A stretch of 26,266 bases of DNA, taken from positions 1 through 26,266 of IMG/VR virus record IMGVR_UViG_3300017747_000933; one strand, 5' to 3'. The first letter of the stretch is position 1. The number at the start of each line of letters is the position of its first letter. This document shows, in pieces, positions 12,905 through 21,094 of this stretch. The translations under genes and the position numbers were made by a program. The notes under the pieces were generated by a model. It saw only the letters and a program-made list of their open reading frames with translations. It ran no database searches and had not been told where the DNA came from. The stretch is from a virus. Its lineage: Duplodnaviria > Caudoviricetes.

Positions 12905-15496
12905 TCATTTCTTCCCTTCGCTAATGTCTTTTAGTGTGCTGCCCGCACCAGGCTCTAATGCCCGCTGCGCCCTGGTTTTGGCTTTTGATTCTTGCACCCG
13001 CTGGCGAACCATCGTGCCGACCGAAATGCCGCCCATAAACTTAAACCCAGCCACGTTGCCCGCCGCTTCCGCACCGCCCGCTGCTTTGTTTGCCAAGTAA
13101 CCGACAAGAGTGTTGGAATTGTTGATGTAATGGCCACGCGGCTGAAACTGCGTATATGCTGCCACATTCCCCAAAGTTTTCAACCGTAGCTGGTTGTCAG
13201 GGTCAAAAATCACGCCGAAATTATTAACGTCGTCCAGCTTTTTCAGCGCCTTGTTGTAATTAGCCTGGCTAAAATTGCCGCGGCCATCTATGACGCCAGC
13301 TTTGTCCGACAAATGGTTAATTGTTCCGGCCTTGATATGCTGGTGCGCCACGGAATCGCGGCCCAGCGTGTCAATCATTGTGTTGATGTTTTTGTTAACG
13401 CCGTTAATTACAAACTTGTCAAAATACTTGTCGGCTGGCACGGCGTCATCTACCGCGGCTTTGTAAGCTGGGTCTTTCTTTAGTGCCTCAAAACGCTCTC
13501 TGGCCAAAGTTCGGGCTTGGTCAGCAATTGGCTTTAGCGCCGCGGTTTCGTTAGCCAGCGGCAACTTGTCCAGTTCTTCGACCATTAACCGCGCTGCTTG
13601 GCGAATGTTGCCATCCTTAGATTCAGCAGACAAACGGCTTGCGTTGCGACGCATCGCCAAATAATTGTCAAATGTCATGCTGCCAAAGGCTTCGCTTAAC
13701 GCTTTCAATTCTTTGTACTGCGAAATGCTTTGGCCGTCGGTAGTCAGCAATTCCTTTTTTAAACGGGCATCAATATTTTTAATCAGCGTTTTTGCGTCAA
13801 CTGGCAATTCACCACCGGCTGCATCGCGCAATTCTTTATATTTGGCATCAATTGCCGTGTTGCGGTCTGTATCCAGCTTTTTGTAAGCATCAATAAGCGC
13901 CTGGCTAGATTCAATGGTTCTGGTCGCATATACATCAGGCGCGGCCAGTTCTTTAATTGCTGGGATGTTTTCGATCAATGCCTGATTGGCTTCATTTTTT
14001 CGCATCGCAAGTTCAGGATACTTGCCGCGCAAATTAGCTTCCTCAGACAACAAGACAGGGTTGCCGGTAGCTTCGCCCTCAGTTAAACGCACAGGAATTG
14101 GCAACGCGTCGCCTTCCAAGTGCCGCAAAACCACGGGCGTATTGACCTTGTTTAAATCCATCTTGCCGTACAACGCTTGAAATTCAGGCGTGGCGGTCTG
14201 TAACGCTTGCTGGATGATGGTTGCATCCGGCACACCAGCAGCACCCACGCTGGCGCGACCAGACTGAAATGGTGGCACATTTGCGGCACCAGGCTGCGGA
14301 ATGATTGCGGGCGCGGGTTTGGGCTTGATTGTCCCTGGCGCGATAGCTTCCACCGTACCGGCCACAGCGCGTTGAATGGGCGCGGGCGTAACATCACCCA
14401 AAGCACCAACCACTTTGCCACCGGCTTGTTTCACCGCTTCGCCAGCATAACCAACCTCACGGGTGACGGCTTGGCCAACCTTGGTTTGCTTTGCACCAGG
14501 CAAGCCAGCCAAAACCGTGTTTATCATGTTTTCGGCGTCGGCTTTTGGGATGCCTAGTTTTTGGCTAATCCAATCTGCGCCTTTGTTTATGTTTTCGCTG
14601 ACAAACTGCATAAACTGTTGGCTGGCTTCGCCCTTGTACGCGGGCGATTCAGTTACGCCCAAGGCTTCACCTACGGGGCGCTGGTACGGCTCAACAAATT
14701 GTTTATACGCGGCAGTGCGGCCACGTTCAGCACGGCCACGCTCAACCAATCCAAGCGCTTCACCAGCGCGAAGGCCCGCATAGCCGGTTTCGGCTACAAC
14801 CATGCCTGGCAATGATTGAATGTTGCCAATTACTGTGTCGGCTAGTCCCGCAGCGCCAGCGGTCAAATCACCAAAAAACGAACTAACTTTTTCGGCCACT
14901 TTGCCTTTTTTGGGCGGTTCTTGCATAGCCATATTGACCGCCGCATTGATTGCGTCGGGATTCATTAGCTTGTCAACGTTTTCAATACCCGTATCGTCGC
15001 GTGATGCGGTTACCACAACCTCAGGCAATGATGGCGCTTCAGCCGCGGCTGGTTGTGTTGTAGTCGCAGCTTTGGTCGGCGGCTTGGTCATCAACACCGC
15101 ATGAACGGGGTCTTTGCTACCCATAGGCCGGTGAATGCCAAATTCATTCAAAAAACTTTCCGGCACCGATGTCGAAATATCGACAGCATCGGAATGAAAT
15201 GTTTTTTGTTTTGGATAGTCCGCTGGATTAATCGGCTCATAAATGCCTTTTTCGCCAGCTTTCCAGCGGTTGTACAAGTCCTGCTGCTGTTCGCGTGTGC
15301 GAACGCCGCTAGTAATTTGCAAATCTTTACCAAATCTTTGACGATGTGCTTCTTGAGCTTGTTGCAAACGTTGCGCCAAATCAGGGTTTAACCCTTCCAA
15401 ATTTGGGGCGGCGGTCGGCGCTTTTGCTGGAACCGCTTTAGTGCCAAATGCTTTATTAACCGCAGCGTCAATTTTGGTTGGGTCAAAATCTTCCAT
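12905..15496 (-). CDS. Large DNA ejection/internal virion protein with N-terminal M15 peptidase domain (863 aa)
   Basis: Third of three Ala/Gly/Gln-rich genes after the gp10-like gene (P22 gp16 position); ITSGVRT...FHSDAVD...DPVH motifs. Confidence 0.8.
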   Translation of the reverse strand: MEDFDPTKIDAAVNKAFGTKAVPAKAPTAAPNLEGLNPDLAQRLQQAQEAHRQRFGKDLQITSGVRTREQQQDLYNRWKAGEKGIYEPINPADYPKQKTFHSDAVDISTSVPESFLNEFGIHRPMGSKDPVHAVLMTKPPTKAATTTQPAAAEAPSLPEVVVTASRDDTGIENVDKLMNPDAINAAVNMAMQEPPKKGKVAEKVSSFFGDLTAGAAGLADTVIGNIQSLPGMVVAETGYAGLRAGEALGLVERGRAERGRTAAYKQFVEPYQRPVGEALGVTESPAYKGEASQQFMQFVSENINKGADWISQKLGIPKADAENMINTVLAGLPGAKQTKVGQAVTREVGYAGEAVKQAGGKVVGALGDVTPAPIQRAVAGTVEAIAPGTIKPKPAPAIIPQPGAANVPPFQSGRASVGAAGVPDATIIQQALQTATPEFQALYGKMDLNKVNTPVVLRHLEGDALPIPVRLTEGEATGNPVLLSEEANLRGKYPELAMRKNEANQALIENIPAIKELAAPDVYATRTIESSQALIDAYKKLDTDRNTAIDAKYKELRDAAGGELPVDAKTLIKNIDARLKKELLTTDGQSISQYKELKALSEAFGSMTFDNYLAMRRNASRLSAESKDGNIRQAARLMVEELDKLPLANETAALKPIADQARTLARERFEALKKDPAYKAAVDDAVPADKYFDKFVINGVNKNINTMIDTLGRDSVAHQHIKAGTINHLSDKAGVIDGRGNFSQANYNKALKKLDDVNNFGVIFDPDNQLRLKTLGNVAAYTQFQPRGHYINNSNTLVGYLANKAAGGAEAAGNVAGFKFMGGISVGTMVRQRVQESKAKTRAQRALEPGAGSTLKDISEGKK

Positions 15497-17238
15497 TACT
15501 GGCCCCCAAGCAATTTTTTAGTTTTGCCAATATTTTCAATCAAGCGCTTGTAACCAGGCGAATCTTTGCCGCCCGCTTCATTTACTATTTCGCGGATGGC
15601 TTCGTTATCACTGTTTTTCATAGCGTCATACAAACGAATGGCATTAATGTCCACAGTCTGCGACCATTTGTTTTGGAAGTCACGCGCACTAAACGGGTCT
15701 TTGTTTTTCTCAAATGATTTTTGCACGCCTTGGTTAAACAATTCGGTTGCCGTGGTCAACGCACGGTTGACGCGGGCTGTTTGTTTAATTGCCGGTGCCG
15801 TCCAGTCAGTGGTTCCTGAAATTTGGCCAGCAATACCTCGGGCTGCATCTGTGCCGCCAAGTCCTGACGATGCCGACAGCGACGCGGTTTGCAGCGCCAT
15901 GTAATGGCCTAACTGGTTCAGGTTTGTGGCGTTGTCCGTTGTAAATGGCAACCCAGCATAACCGCCTGACAAGGCGCCAATAAAGTTTGCACCTTTTCCG
16001 GTAATAACATCATCAGCCAGCTTGATGATTTTGTTATTGTTAAACGTTTGCATCGGCACCTCTTTGGCGGCGTTCGATGCGTCCAAGCGAATTTTGTCTG
16101 CGGCTTGACGGGTTTCAATTGTTTCACCAGCGGGCAAACGCGCAACAGGCTCGGCTGCTGGCGCTTGTGACGTAACAACAGGGCGCGGGCTTTCGGTAGT
16201 AATTGGCGGCGTACCCGACGCTGCGCGTTGCCCAAGGAATCGACCGTCAGGGCCGTAAACATTAACAATTGGATTATTGTTGATGTCATATGATCCCGTT
16301 GGCACTTCACGCGATCCAGGCGGCAATTGTGCGGTAACCAAAGGTTTTTCAGCCACAGAAACGGTTGGCACTTCACCCGCCACTGATGGCCTAGTTGTGG
16401 TGACAAATGTCGCCGCGCCAGTGCTTGCCGTACCAGGTTGCGGTGCAAATTTTTCTTGTTGGGTGCCAACACTTAATAGCGAATTAGCTGCAGAAATTGC
16501 CAGCGACGGCAAATCAGCGTTTTCGGGCAACATCGCCAAAGTGCCTTTGTAAGAATCAATTAATTGTTTCAAACTTGCGTTGTTCGGATTTTCGGTTATC
16601 AATAAATCCAGTTCTTGCAAATATGCGTTTTTGTCTTTGACGCCAAGTCGGCCTAACATACCCAAACGCTGACTAATAATGTTGCGTTGGTCTTGCGTTA
16701 AATCTTGCGCCGCTTTGTTGGCTTGCGTTCTAACAGTCGCAACTTCGGCCATTTTTTTGTATGTGTCTTGGCCGGTCAGGGGAAAAAGTTTGAGAAAATT
16801 GTTTGCCTTGGCCAAATCAATTTGGCCATCGGTCATGTAATTTTTTTCGTCAGCCAAAAACGTTTGCAAGCCCTTGCGCTCTTTTTCTTTTTCCTGCTCA
16901 AGGGTCAACGCAATTCCAGCCGTTCCAGCTTGTGATTGTGCAGTCGATAAACCTGTCAACGAACTAATATATTCAGCACCCGTCAATGGCGCAATTTTTG
17001 TAATTTCAGCATTTAATTTATTAATGTCAACACGGCCATCTGTTTGGTAATTTTCTGGCTTTGACAAAAACTGCGTCATCGCGTTTCGCTCTTGCTCTTT
17101 TTGTTTTTCAAGCGAAAGGGCAATACCTTCTTTTTGATATGCTTGCGCGCCGCGGGCAAAATTAACCATCTCGCCCAGGCTCATGGTTGGCATGGGTTTA
17201 ATGTCTGCGCCAACTGGTTTTAAACTCAAATCTGCCAT
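15496..17238 (-). CDS. DNA ejection/internal virion protein (P22 gp20 position, 580 aa)
   Basis: Synteny and Ala/Gln/Thr-rich helical composition. Confidence 0.72.
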   Translation of the reverse strand: MADLSLKPVGADIKPMPTMSLGEMVNFARGAQAYQKEGIALSLEKQKEQERNAMTQFLSKPENYQTDGRVDINKLNAEITKIAPLTGAEYISSLTGLSTAQSQAGTAGIALTLEQEKEKERKGLQTFLADEKNYMTDGQIDLAKANNFLKLFPLTGQDTYKKMAEVATVRTQANKAAQDLTQDQRNIISQRLGMLGRLGVKDKNAYLQELDLLITENPNNASLKQLIDSYKGTLAMLPENADLPSLAISAANSLLSVGTQQEKFAPQPGTASTGAATFVTTTRPSVAGEVPTVSVAEKPLVTAQLPPGSREVPTGSYDINNNPIVNVYGPDGRFLGQRAASGTPPITTESPRPVVTSQAPAAEPVARLPAGETIETRQAADKIRLDASNAAKEVPMQTFNNNKIIKLADDVITGKGANFIGALSGGYAGLPFTTDNATNLNQLGHYMALQTASLSASSGLGGTDAARGIAGQISGTTDWTAPAIKQTARVNRALTTATELFNQGVQKSFEKNKDPFSARDFQNKWSQTVDINAIRLYDAMKNSDNEAIREIVNEAGGKDSPGYKRLIENIGKTKKLLGGQ

Positions 17239-17241
17239 GTC

Positions 17242-17886
17242 TTACCCCTTATTCAGCAGCGAATACATCATGGCCGTGTTTCCAATATTGCTTAGCCCAC
17301 CCGCATACGCGTTCGCTGCGCCGATCTGACCAGCGCTTAGCGCGGTGGCGCCACCGATAGCGGCTTGGCCAATATTGCCCGCTACGTTTTGCGCCAAATT
17401 ACTTACTTGACCTTGCGCGGTCTGACCGATGCCAGCAATGCCAGCCAGTGTGTTGTAGATGTTTTGGCGCTGGGCAATTACCTGCGGCATTGCCGTGCCA
17501 AGTGTGTAATCAATGGCAAATTTTTGAGCAGCGCGATCTACGTTCGACCCACCACCGCCGACGTTCATCATTTGACGGGCAGCGCCCGTTCCTTGTTCCA
17601 TCGCGAATTCGTAACCAGGCAACCCCATAATTTCCTCGCGGGATACTGGCGCTGTTAATCCTGGCAGCAGTGCGCCAATGCGCGTAAGGGCGCCGTAACC
17701 AGCTTTGCGGTAAGGTGCTTGCTGTTTGTTCTGGATGTCGAACATCTCTTTTTGGATGTCCGCAGCGTATTTTGTGGCTCCAGCCTGCCGTTCACCGCCG
17801 CGCTCGGCTGCGTCAGCCTGCATTTTTGATCCAATAAGGCCAGCGCCAGCCCCTAGCAATAAAGCGGTTCCAGTTCCGATTGCCAT
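17242..17886 (-). CDS. DNA transfer/pilot protein (P22 gp7-like, 214 aa)
   Basis: Gly/Ala hydrophobic N-terminus, QQAPY...G..AL, PGYEF...QG, Gly/Ala/Gln/Asn-rich tail. Confidence 0.78.
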   Translation of the reverse strand: MAIGTGTALLLGAGAGLIGSKMQADAAERGGERQAGATKYAADIQKEMFDIQNKQQAPYRKAGYGALTRIGALLPGLTAPVSREEIMGLPGYEFAMEQGTGAARQMMNVGGGGSNVDRAAQKFAIDYTLGTAMPQVIAQRQNIYNTLAGIAGIGQTAQGQVSNLAQNVAGNIGQAAIGGATALSAGQIGAANAYAGGLSNIGNTAMMYSLLNKG

Positions 17887-18344
17887 TATTTCAACTCCTT
17901 AATAAACGTTCGCTCAAGCGGTCGAAAGCCAGCCCGACAGTAAACTTTTTCCATTGCCGCTGCCCGATCATCTTCCAAAGCAATCATAAACAGCGCCTTG
18001 GCATCTTTACCCGCCGCCCAGGCTTCGATAGCCTTAAACATGGCCTGACCCACACCGCTACCCCTGGCTGCGGGGGTTAGCCACCACCACAATTCTTGGG
18101 CGACTTGGTAATCAGGATTGAAATACAGCGGGTAAAGTAAGCAGGAAGTTACGCCCACAATCTCGCCGTCCAATTCCCCGACTAACAGCAAAATACTGTC
18201 ATTTTCCAATGATGCTGACAAAAATGCACGGGTTTTTACAGCATTAAAGTCAGCCACGCCAATCATGGGCGACGCTTGATGAAAGTCGTCCAGCAGTTCA
18301 ATGTATCTATCCAAATCTTCCGCGGTCGCTGGTCTGACGTTCAA
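17886..18344 (-). CDS. GNAT-family acetyltransferase (152 aa)
   Basis: VRPAT.ED start, WLTPAARGSGVG acetyl-CoA motif A, Y.RAGF; TTG start with GGAGG RBS. Confidence 0.88.
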   Translation of the reverse strand: MNVRPATAEDLDRYIELLDDFHQASPMIGVADFNAVKTRAFLSASLENDSILLLVGELDGEIVGVTSCLLYPLYFNPDYQVAQELWWWLTPAARGSGVGQAMFKAIEAWAAGKDAKALFMIALEDDRAAAMEKVYCRAGFRPLERTFIKELK

Positions 18345-18571
18345 AATGTCCCTCCGCCAATTCCGTTCAAAGCGGTCAAATTGGTAAATTTACCTGCCGC
18401 TGGCGTTGTCAAACCGATTGTCGTATTGTTTATTTCGCCGCCATTGATGATTTGATAATCCACGGTGCTGCTTACAACGTTTGGGTTTTGCAACCATTGA
18501 ATCCACTCCCGTGATGGCCGTCCGGTTGTTTGCTCTATAAACGGCGAAGTTGGGAATCGAATGTTGGCCAT
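18341..18571 (-). CDS. Small tail protein (P22 gp26 needle position, 76 aa)
   Basis: Follows the gp10-like gene; TGRPSREWIQWL and fibre-type INGGEINNTTIGLTTPAAGKFT motifs. Confidence 0.6.
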   Translation of the reverse strand: MANIRFPTSPFIEQTTGRPSREWIQWLQNPNVVSSTVDYQIINGGEINNTTIGLTTPAAGKFTNLTALNGIGGGTF

Positions 18572-20043
18572 TAATTATCCCCAGCCGACGCCTTCAGGTT
18601 GGCCGACACAATTACAGCTTTGATTGGATCAGTAACGGCCACTTCAAAAATGCGATCACGCGCCCAGCCCAAACGGCGCCAGATAGCGCGGTTTGTGTAA
18701 TTGCCCTGGCGTCCAATACCAACCCAATGTTCGTTTGACCAAGTGCTGCCACCATCATTTGACCAGCGCAACATGGCTTGGGGATTATCACCCTGGCCAG
18801 TTGTTAGCCCTACTCCAGGCTGGAATTGAATCTGGAATTCCTCAAAATATTGGCGCTGCAAATCCGTCGTAATGTGCGGGGCGCGGCGCAAGCGGCGTAT
18901 CGGATTACCTGCGTCGGTGTACGTGTCAAAATCCAGACTATAAATCTTGCCGTTCTCATAATCGCCCACCAAGTTTTTGTTGGCAAATGCCATCGCACAC
19001 TGGCCGCGGTGGCGCTTATAAACAGCGTTTGGCGCATCCCACCACAGCCATTTAAACCACTGCTGGGTGGCCAAGTCGTAAACCCAAGTCAGGTCAATCG
19101 ACGGGAAGTTGATAACGTAAAATTCGTGGCCTTCAATCTGAAATGCCCAGGCGCGGACGTCTTCAACGTTGTAACCAACCAAGCTGTTTTCCACCGCGTG
19201 GGTCGAAACGCGCTGGTATTCGTAGCCCTTCATTTGGCCAATCGTCGCGGTTCCCAACGTGTCGCGGGACAAAAACATAAACGTGTCAGAAAAACGGGCA
19301 ATCGAAAACGGCGCACCGCAACCGTTCTGGCTGCTGGTGCCTGATACCCGCTGAAATGGAAAAGTAATAATTCCAGGAATAACGCCGCCAACATCAACCC
19401 AAACTTCGGTGGTGACCTCGCCCAGCAAATAAACCTGTCGATGGTCAACGATCAGCGCAACCAATGTATCTGGCGACCCATCTTTAGCCCCGTACAAGCC
19501 GGTAGTAGACAGGGGCGACCCCAAATCAGTTACCGCCCAGTTTTGCGTTCCTGGTTCGTTATAGGCCACATAATTGTCCACCGTATCCACCGTAGTGGCA
19601 CCTTGCCAATCACCATCAGTTGATGGCAACGTGACAAACGTATTGGTGGCCACAACGTAGTAATACCGGTTTACTCCGTCCACAATGTAAGCGGTTAGCC
19701 CCTCTGTGGTCATTACATTATCCGTAATCGACACCGGCCCGCTGCTTGTAGTCAGGGTGCCAACTTGTGTATAAGTTAAGTTTGTTTCAATTCTATATAC
19801 CAAATTGCCGCAAACGGCAATTGCGTACTGAAGGCCAGACAAAGCCCGCATTCCGCGAACTTCCGCAGTGATTGGAAATTGAATTTCTGTGACCAAACCA
19901 GGCGTTGGATATAGCGCCACCACACCCCGTTCGCCTGGCTGTTTTGTCGGGTCGATTTCAGGGTAAAAATTGATGCACTCCTGGTCATCTTGATAAATTG
20001 ACCTGGTGGTGTATGACGCGCCGACAAAACCAAAATCTGGCAT
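18571..20043 (-). CDS. Packaged-DNA stabilisation protein / tail hub (P22 gp10-like, 490 aa)
   Basis: CINFYPE...LYPTPGL start, beta-propeller-like body, LRWSNDGGSTWSNE...WRRLG..RDRIFEV C-terminus. Confidence 0.9.
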   Translation of the reverse strand: MPDFGFVGASYTTRSIYQDDQECINFYPEIDPTKQPGERGVVALYPTPGLVTEIQFPITAEVRGMRALSGLQYAIAVCGNLVYRIETNLTYTQVGTLTTSSGPVSITDNVMTTEGLTAYIVDGVNRYYYVVATNTFVTLPSTDGDWQGATTVDTVDNYVAYNEPGTQNWAVTDLGSPLSTTGLYGAKDGSPDTLVALIVDHRQVYLLGEVTTEVWVDVGGVIPGIITFPFQRVSGTSSQNGCGAPFSIARFSDTFMFLSRDTLGTATIGQMKGYEYQRVSTHAVENSLVGYNVEDVRAWAFQIEGHEFYVINFPSIDLTWVYDLATQQWFKWLWWDAPNAVYKRHRGQCAMAFANKNLVGDYENGKIYSLDFDTYTDAGNPIRRLRRAPHITTDLQRQYFEEFQIQFQPGVGLTTGQGDNPQAMLRWSNDGGSTWSNEHWVGIGRQGNYTNRAIWRRLGWARDRIFEVAVTDPIKAVIVSANLKASAGDN

Positions 20044-21023
20044 TAGTTAAAGCCCCCATCAAGTATGAACGCGGCATCTTTAGGCCGTCCGGTCATCAAT
20101 ACGTCAGGGTAACGGCTGACCTGCGGCGGCTTCATATTGGTGCGCTTAATTGTAGCTTTTGCTTGGGCCGCATATGCGGATATTTGGCCAATCTGCACTT
20201 GGTTAATTTTGCCGTACATCGGCATCAGACGTTCAGCCAAGCACCAGCGCAAACACATATTGTAGCCTTGGGGAAACTGAATTGCGCCGTATAGGTCACT
20301 AAACTCGCGGAAAATGGTCTGCGTGAACAAGTGCATTTCGCCCTGGGATGGATTAGGCCACAAGTAAATGGTTCCCAACAATTCGGACGGCTGGTAATAC
20401 AACGACTTTGGCCACGGGCCGTTCAGAGTTTTCAGGCCAATGGATTCGTATTCTTCCAGGCTCAAAATGGCAATTGGATAGTCCAGACCGCCACCGTAAA
20501 TTGGCACCCCATTGGACGTGGTATTAACCCGCACAAAGGCTGATTCGATGGTTAGCGGGCGCTCATAGTAAGAATCAATAATTTGAGACACAACGGGCGT
20601 CGTATGCCCGCGGCTGACCGTATACGTGCCGCCCTCGTTAACGTTGCCACCAGCTCCAGTACCAAATCCCACAATGGTGGTGCCAGACAGCACACCAGGG
20701 CCGGTTAAAGTCATGCCCATGGTAATAGCGCCTTTTAAAACACCATCGGTTGGAACGGTCAACGTCGTGCCGCTGATTGATCCAGTAAATTGGGCAGACA
20801 CAGTGCCGCCAGGGCCGATGGTGTATTGCACATTATTCTGGACGCACGGAAACACAATCTCGGTGCGGTAGAACACCATCATGTTTTCGTTCGACCACTG
20901 CGCGATCATGTCGTTCAGCATATCCAGCCCGTCTTGGGCTTCGTCTGCGGTTGGGATTTCGCCAGCAGCCAACGCGCCAATGTCCTTCATGGCGCGGGTG
21001 ATGATGTCATAAGGTGTTGTCAT
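20043..21023 (-). CDS. Head-to-tail adaptor (P22 gp4-like, 326 aa) with inserted beta domain
   Basis: DIITRAMKDIG...EAQDGLDMLNDMIAQW and PQGY...LRWCLAERLMPMYG; directly upstream of the gp10-like gene. Confidence 0.82.
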   Translation of the reverse strand: MTTPYDIITRAMKDIGALAAGEIPTADEAQDGLDMLNDMIAQWSNENMMVFYRTEIVFPCVQNNVQYTIGPGGTVSAQFTGSISGTTLTVPTDGVLKGAITMGMTLTGPGVLSGTTIVGFGTGAGGNVNEGGTYTVSRGHTTPVVSQIIDSYYERPLTIESAFVRVNTTSNGVPIYGGGLDYPIAILSLEEYESIGLKTLNGPWPKSLYYQPSELLGTIYLWPNPSQGEMHLFTQTIFREFSDLYGAIQFPQGYNMCLRWCLAERLMPMYGKINQVQIGQISAYAAQAKATIKRTNMKPPQVSRYPDVLMTGRPKDAAFILDGGFN

Positions 21024-21085
21024 TTTGTTTTAATCCATCCTTCCTGACGATCATGTTTGTTTGGAAAATCCATAGGCCAATTCAT
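21020..21085 (-). CDS. Possible 21-aa mini-ORF
   Basis: MNWPMDFPNKHDRQEGWIKTK; AAGG upstream; stop overlaps the adaptor ATG (ATGA). Confidence 0.35.
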   Translation of the reverse strand: MNWPMDFPNKHDRQEGWIKTK

Positions 21086-21094
21086 ATCAAGCCT

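Noticed and set aside
16160-16380. Additional TonB-box-like strings in the 580-aa protein (VPTVSVAE, PLVTAQ, PVVTSQ)
   Set aside because: Poor match to the acidic-x-hydrophobic-x-V-x-A pattern and expected by chance in Val/Thr/Pro-rich sequence.
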